51,037 nt of DNA from Spirochaetaceae bacterium (GTDB taxonomy: Bacteria; Spirochaetota; Spirochaetia; CADAEX01), in contig WQZP01000018.1 in assembly GCA_009780675.1 (NCBI GenBank), positions 1-51,037 on the forward strand. Reading direction: 5' to 3'. Of this stretch, positions 46,935 through 51,037 are shown in pieces. The notes under the pieces were generated by a model, which was not told the DNA's origin, did no database searches, and saw only the letters and a program-made list of their open reading frames with translations. The position numbers and the translations under genes are program-made. Every line of letters begins with the position of its first letter. The first letter of the stretch is position 1.

Positions 46935-48674
46935 CTATTCAAACCGCAAGCTGTCGGTTATGGGTTTCTTCACTGCCCGACGGGTGGGCAAGAATGCCAT
47001 GAACGAAGAGAGCAGAGTTGCCGCAATACCTGCCCCAATAATAATAGGCACATTCCACATACTACGGAAAATAGCAGTTGTGCGAAAACCAATACCGCCA
47101 TCCATTAAATCACCCATAGCACTAAAATCAATTCCGTATTTCACCAAAGGGTAGTTGATAATGCAACCCAGGATTATTCCCAAAACCGAGCCAATGAATC
47201 CCAAAAACCCAGCTTCCAGCATATATAACATAATCATCTGCCTGTCAGTCATACCCAAAGCACGCATCATACCAATCTCTTTGGTCCGCTCCAGAATCGC
47301 CAACAAAATAGTGCAGGAAATTACCAGAAAGGAAAGAAAAAGAAGCAGACCAGCAACTACCTGAGGCGCTCCGGTTTGCAGCGCTTCGTAACCCAAATAA
47401 TCCTGCATATAATCCTGCCATACAAATACCGCAAGCTCATCCGGCAGAGTTCGCCCCATAGAAGCAAGGCCCAGCTCCAGCGCAGCAGTAATAACAGCAG
47501 AGCTTTCGCTTTGCCCGGGAAGCCGCGAATCCGGAACACCTCTCTCCCTGATAATCAGTTCTGTTACACCACCTTCAAGCATCATGCCTGCCCTATCCTG
47601 TAATACGTCCAGGGGAATAAAAGCAGTATTGCCATTGGGAAGTGGCGCAGGAGAATTAATCACACCAACTACCACAACATCCATTAGCTGATTAACATGG
47701 CGTATAGCGCCTGCATATTCAGCACGAATCATGGCATCGAGAATCAAGTTAAGCTGTCGCTCATCTTGCTCAACAAGATGATAAGCATCCATAAAATCTT
47801 CATACACGTATGCTGCTGCAACAAGCACCCGGTCTTCTGGGCGCAATGCAGGCCACAGTTCATTTTCCCATCTGTGCCTGCGGATCATTTCCGGCGCAGC
47901 CTTTATGTCGATTATCGCGTTTATCCGCACATCATTCCGTCCGGATGCGGCAATTATATTCCAGTAACGGTCAAGGTCAGCCTGCGAAGCATTCCTCCCC
48001 AGAATCATCCGCTCATTGCCTTCTACAATTCTTTCCTCTGTGGAAAATATATCTCCGCCTCTCCGTACAGAAGGGGTAATATCATAGAGAGAGCGGATAA
48101 AATCTGCTTCGGCCTGGCTTCTTGCAACAGAAGCAATCAACTCTTCAAGTTCCAGACGGAGGGGGCGAGTGGGAATCCCTACCCTAAGTCTTTCTGCTGC
48201 TACTGTTCCCAGAGCTATTTCAAAATTGCCATCTTGCACGAAGCGGCCGAAATCAACGTATTGAGCATAACGGAGCACCTCTTTTTCCGCTGCTGGATTA
48301 ATTCCATGAAACAAGATAGGCGCAGACCCTGATTGCGAAAACAAAGTGCCAGAAAAAACAAAACGGGGCGCGCTGACATAACCTTCGCGATAGAGCGCTT
48401 CATGAAATATTTCCCAATCCAGAAAAGTCTCGTAGCTGGGCATTTCATCTTTTCTTTCAAAGTAGAGCCTGGTTTGCAGCTTTGCTGCGCCTATTTCAAA
48501 ATTGACAATGTTCCGTCTGGATTGAATTGCCATACCCCCCAGCCAACTGTTCAGGACAATGTACAGCGCAACACTTACCATGATTGCTGCTAAAGTAAGG
48601 ATTGTCTTTACTTTGTGTCGGGTCAGGTTGCGCAGAGCAAGTTTCTTTAATTCCCAAATACCGAATAAAGTCAT
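46935..48674 (-). CDS. ABC transporter permease, FtsX/MacB/LolCE family (large periplasmic domain)
   Basis: N-terminal TM, ~380-aa periplasmic domain, C-terminal FtsX module (...EIGMMRALGMTDRQMIMLYMLEAGFLGFIGS...). Confidence 0.8.
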   Translation of the reverse strand: MTLFGIWELKKLALRNLTRHKVKTILTLAAIMVSVALYIVLNSWLGGMAIQSRRNIVNFEIGAAKLQTRLYFERKDEMPSYETFLDWEIFHEALYREGYVSAPRFVFSGTLFSQSGSAPILFHGINPAAEKEVLRYAQYVDFGRFVQDGNFEIALGTVAAERLRVGIPTRPLRLELEELIASVARSQAEADFIRSLYDITPSVRRGGDIFSTEERIVEGNERMILGRNASQADLDRYWNIIAASGRNDVRINAIIDIKAAPEMIRRHRWENELWPALRPEDRVLVAAAYVYEDFMDAYHLVEQDERQLNLILDAMIRAEYAGAIRHVNQLMDVVVVGVINSPAPLPNGNTAFIPLDVLQDRAGMMLEGGVTELIIRERGVPDSRLPGQSESSAVITAALELGLASMGRTLPDELAVFVWQDYMQDYLGYEALQTGAPQVVAGLLLFLSFLVISCTILLAILERTKEIGMMRALGMTDRQMIMLYMLEAGFLGFIGSVLGIILGCIINYPLVKYGIDFSAMGDLMDGGIGFRTTAIFRSMWNVPIIIGAGIAATLLSSFMAFLPTRRAVKKPITDSLRFE

Positions 48675-48678
48675 AACA

Positions 48679-49365
48679 TTACCCCTTTATTTCATCGCTC
48701 TCAATCTGACCATCCCGGATACGGATAAGCCGGCGGGCAAAGTCCATTACCATGGTGTCATGGGTAGAAAAAATGAATGTAGTTCCAGCAGACTTGTTAA
48801 GAGCCAGCATCAGTTCCAGAATCTCCCTGCCTATTTTTGAATCAAGATTTGCTGTGGGTTCGTCAGCAAGAATCAGAGCAGGCTTTTTTACCAGAGCGCG
48901 GGCAATTGCAACCCTCTGCTGCTGTCCGCCTGACATTTCTTTGGGTCTGCGCTTTGCCATTCCATCAAGACCAACTTCTTTTAAAACCTGATTGGTTCGC
49001 TCCCTGATTTCTTTTTTATCAATTCCCAAAAGCGTTAGTGGAAATGAAATATTTTCTTCTACTGAAAGTACGGGAATCAAGTTGTATGCCTGAAATATAA
49101 AGCCAATGCTTTGCCGCCGGAGAATTGCCAACTGTGTGCGGTTCATTTTGCCTGTGTCTTTTCCCCCTACCAGAATGCTTCCGGCTGTAAGGTTATCAAT
49201 GCAGCCTGCTAAGTGAAGAAATGTTGATTTTCCGCTTCCCGAAGGTCCGGCAATTGCAGCAAATTCCCCTGCCTGAAATTCCAGATTCACTCCCCGCAGA
49301 GCATGGATTACCTGGTCGTTCAACCCGTAATCTTTTATAACATTTTCCGCTTTAACTACTGTCAT
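48679..49365 (-). CDS. ABC transporter ATP-binding protein (LolD/MacB-type)
   Basis: Walker A GPSGSGKST, Q-loop, signature LSGGQQQRVAIARAL, Walker B ILADEPTANLD, H-loop STHD. 228 aa. Confidence 0.9.
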   Translation of the reverse strand: MTVVKAENVIKDYGLNDQVIHALRGVNLEFQAGEFAAIAGPSGSGKSTFLHLAGCIDNLTAGSILVGGKDTGKMNRTQLAILRRQSIGFIFQAYNLIPVLSVEENISFPLTLLGIDKKEIRERTNQVLKEVGLDGMAKRRPKEMSGGQQQRVAIARALVKKPALILADEPTANLDSKIGREILELMLALNKSAGTTFIFSTHDTMVMDFARRLIRIRDGQIESDEIKG

Positions 49366-50348
49366 ATTTTCTCTCCTTTCTCTTTCCTCAACTCGTTCAA
49401 TGCTGCAAGACCGAATATGTCTTTTGTCTTGAGTTCATCTGTAATGGAATTGGGCACCAGCATCATGGAGTTGCCTGTTTTGAGCCCTTCGTTCAGTATC
49501 GCCAGAATCCTGAGTCTTAGCGCGCCCTGGTCCTTGCCGTAAATTGAAATCGCTTCTTCCAGTTTCCTGGCAATCTCAATTTCTGCTTCTGCAAGGAAAA
49601 TCCTGGCGCTCTTTTCGCGCTCAGCCTGAGCCATGCGGGAAAGTGAGTCTTGCAGATCAGGCGGTACCTGAATGTCAGTAATTTCAACATACTGAACCGT
49701 TATGCCCCATTCAGTAGTCTGCCTCTCCACCTCTTCCTGAATTTGTTTTTCGATTAAATCCCCTCGGGCAAGGAAAGTGGTAAGATCGCTTTTAGAAATA
49801 GCATTACGCAAAGCAGCTTTGGAAGCCAGCGCCACTGCTTCCTCATAGTTTTCAACTTCAAGGGCAGCTTTTTGAGGGTCCCAAACCAGCCAGAAGCAAA
49901 AAGCATCCACTCGCACCGTTACTGAATCTCCAGTAAGGGTCTCCTGAGCGTAAAAATCCGCAATCCTGATTCTGATGTCAATGACCCTGTAAACCTGATC
50001 AATAAGTGGAATAAGGAAAAAAAGCCCTGGCCCTTTTACCTTGTGAAATTTGCCGAGTCGCAACACAATTGCCCGTTCCCATTCTTTGGCTTTGCGAATG
50101 GAAAAAACCAAAATAAGGGCTGCGAAAAATATAGCGAAGTTCAATTGAACCAAAGGGTCAGCGAGCAGCGCCAAGCCATTTGCCTGCTCTGCGTTACCGC
50201 GTACTACTGGAGCGAATGCCAGGAGTAAAGCTGCAACGATTATCAAAAAAATGAGGCGTATCAGAAAAAGAGAAAAATCTGGATTGTTTTTGCGGCGTAT
50301 AAACTTTGCCGAAGGCTGAACTTTATTGTTTAATTTATTGAAGAGCAT
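49362..50348 (-). CDS. SPFH/band-7 (stomatin/prohibitin-like) membrane protein
   Basis: Two N-terminal hydrophobic segments then ERAIVLRLGKFHKVKGPGLFFLIPLIDQVYRVIDIRI... (SPFH domain). Overlaps the ABC ATPase gene start. Confidence 0.8.
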   Translation of the reverse strand: MLFNKLNNKVQPSAKFIRRKNNPDFSLFLIRLIFLIIVAALLLAFAPVVRGNAEQANGLALLADPLVQLNFAIFFAALILVFSIRKAKEWERAIVLRLGKFHKVKGPGLFFLIPLIDQVYRVIDIRIRIADFYAQETLTGDSVTVRVDAFCFWLVWDPQKAALEVENYEEAVALASKAALRNAISKSDLTTFLARGDLIEKQIQEEVERQTTEWGITVQYVEITDIQVPPDLQDSLSRMAQAEREKSARIFLAEAEIEIARKLEEAISIYGKDQGALRLRILAILNEGLKTGNSMMLVPNSITDELKTKDIFGLAALNELRKEKGEKI

Positions 50349-50351
50349 ATA

Positions 50352-50789
50352 CTATCCTCCTGAATCCTTATATTCATTAATAATTCTGGTCAATTCCCGC
50401 TTTTCAACACCCAAATCCCGCATATCCCGCATAAAGCGACCTACGAGTTCATGGACCTTCCGGTTAAGGCTATCGTCCTCCATCACTGGCTTTTTGTCAG
50501 AAATATAGGTACCGCTCCCCACTTGGGTGGCTAATATTCCCCGTATTTCCAGTTCCCCGTACGCCTTGGCAATAGTGTTGGGGTTGGTTTTCAATTCTAC
50601 TGACAAAGAGCGAATCGTAGGCAGCCGGTCGCCAGGTCTCATACGGCCGGACAGTATGGCATACTCTATCTGCTGAATAATCTGCCGATAAATGGGTACT
50701 CCATCTGCCTGGTTCAGCGTAAAATGTATTGGACCAGCGTGGTTGTCTCTTTTTTCTTTATCCTTGCTTTCGAAAATTGCACTATTCAT
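50352..50789 (-). CDS. GntR-family transcriptional regulator (first gene of the operon)
   Basis: N-terminal winged-HTH ...GDRLPTIRSLSVELKTNPNTIAKAYGELEIRGILATQVGSGTYI. 145 aa. Four-nucleotide gap to the SPFH gene. Confidence 0.8.
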   Translation of the reverse strand: MNSAIFESKDKEKRDNHAGPIHFTLNQADGVPIYRQIIQQIEYAILSGRMRPGDRLPTIRSLSVELKTNPNTIAKAYGELEIRGILATQVGSGTYISDKKPVMEDDSLNRKVHELVGRFMRDMRDLGVEKRELTRIINEYKDSGG

Positions 50790-50794
50790 CTAGT

Positions 50795-50830
50795 ACAATT
50801 GTAAATGCACTAGTACAATATGTCAAGAAA
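50795..50830. promoter_or_regulatory. Palindromic/direct-repeat candidate GntR operator upstream of the operon
   Basis: ctagtacaattgtaaatgcactagtacaat contains the perfect palindrome tacaattgta and a duplicated actagtacaat, immediately 5' of the gntR-family start. Confidence 0.3.
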
Positions 50831-50949
50831 AATTTTTGAGGAATTTTGAAGTTTTTGAGCAGATTTCTGGTTTAAAATGATGGGATATACCGGTATAATG
50901 GCAGAAATTCATAGACAAGTTGAAATTTTTATGGTTATTATATAGTCAG

Positions 50950-51037
50950 CATGACGCAAAAAATTATTTGGACTGATAAAACAACACCTCGCAACCTATC
51001 TCATGTCAACAGTCAACAGTCAACAGTCAACAGTCAA
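50950..51037 (+). CDS. 5' end of an ORF running off the window; contains the heptanucleotide repeat
   Basis: ATG at 50950 gives MTQKIIWTDKTTPRNLSHVNSQQSTVNSQ..., open to the window end. A possible TTAAAA-N16-TATAAT promoter at ~50868-50899. Weak evidence. Confidence 0.25.
51004..51037 (+). repeat. (GTCAACA)n heptanucleotide tandem repeat, at least 4.9 copies, truncated by the window end
   Basis: gtcaaca gtcaaca gtcaaca gtcaaca gtcaa, read directly from the sequence. Confidence 0.9.

Noticed and set aside
1-51037. CRISPR arrays, tRNA and rRNA genes
   Set aside because: No spaced direct repeats of 24-48 bp with unique spacers were found. No T-loop (GGTTCGAATCC-like) or D-loop tRNA signatures were seen. 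The only tandem repeats are the 36-bp coding repeat and the terminal heptamer.

Overview
AT-rich (~33% GC) bacterial chromosomal window with clear spirochete signatures: FlaB-type core flagellins starting MIINHN, hook-associated and filament-cap genes, and a FliW-CsrA pair. Gene order (window coordinates): 2-220 MCP C-terminal fragment; 295-1281 PilZ-like protein with a PAKEQAPGEEQT tandem-repeat tail; 1300-2397 TPR protein; 2805-9769 flaB-flaB-flaG-fliD followed by three uncharacterised genes, one PilZ-like; 9753-11006 tsaE-tsaB; 11051-15417 minus-strand flgN-like-flgK-flgL-fliW-csrA operon; 15516-16958 secreted transglutaminase-like protein; 17066-32931 housekeeping and accessory genes (trxB, GH3 hexosaminidase, GNAT, nitroreductase, large M28-like membrane protein, dinB, UDPGP-family enzyme, ferredoxin, class-3 lipase, dxs, murD); 33026-38150 hybrid histidine kinase, response regulator and FemAB-like gene; 38368-40566 metG; 40740-42697 hflKC; 42840-43560 HEPN/MNT toxin-antitoxin pair; 43630-50789 minus-strand operon gntR-SPFH-ABC ATPase-two FtsX permeases-LolA-like-beta-barrel OMP (Lol/MacB-like envelope export module). 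Features not explained by protein-coding annotation: a GC-rich structured repeat family with two copies (2438-2505 and 38160-38445) in an otherwise AT-rich genome; CsrA-type GGA hairpins in both flaB leaders; a T7 homopolymer frameshift at the tsaE start; a hairpin-rich insertion between tsaE and tsaB; two small genes missed by the 60-aa ORF cutoff (a 55-aa 2x[4Fe-4S] ferredoxin and a 29-aa bS22-like basic peptide); and a (GTCAACA)n heptanucleotide repeat running off the window end. No tRNA, rRNA or CRISPR array was recognised. All calls rest on reading the sequence and motif knowledge only; no database search was possible.
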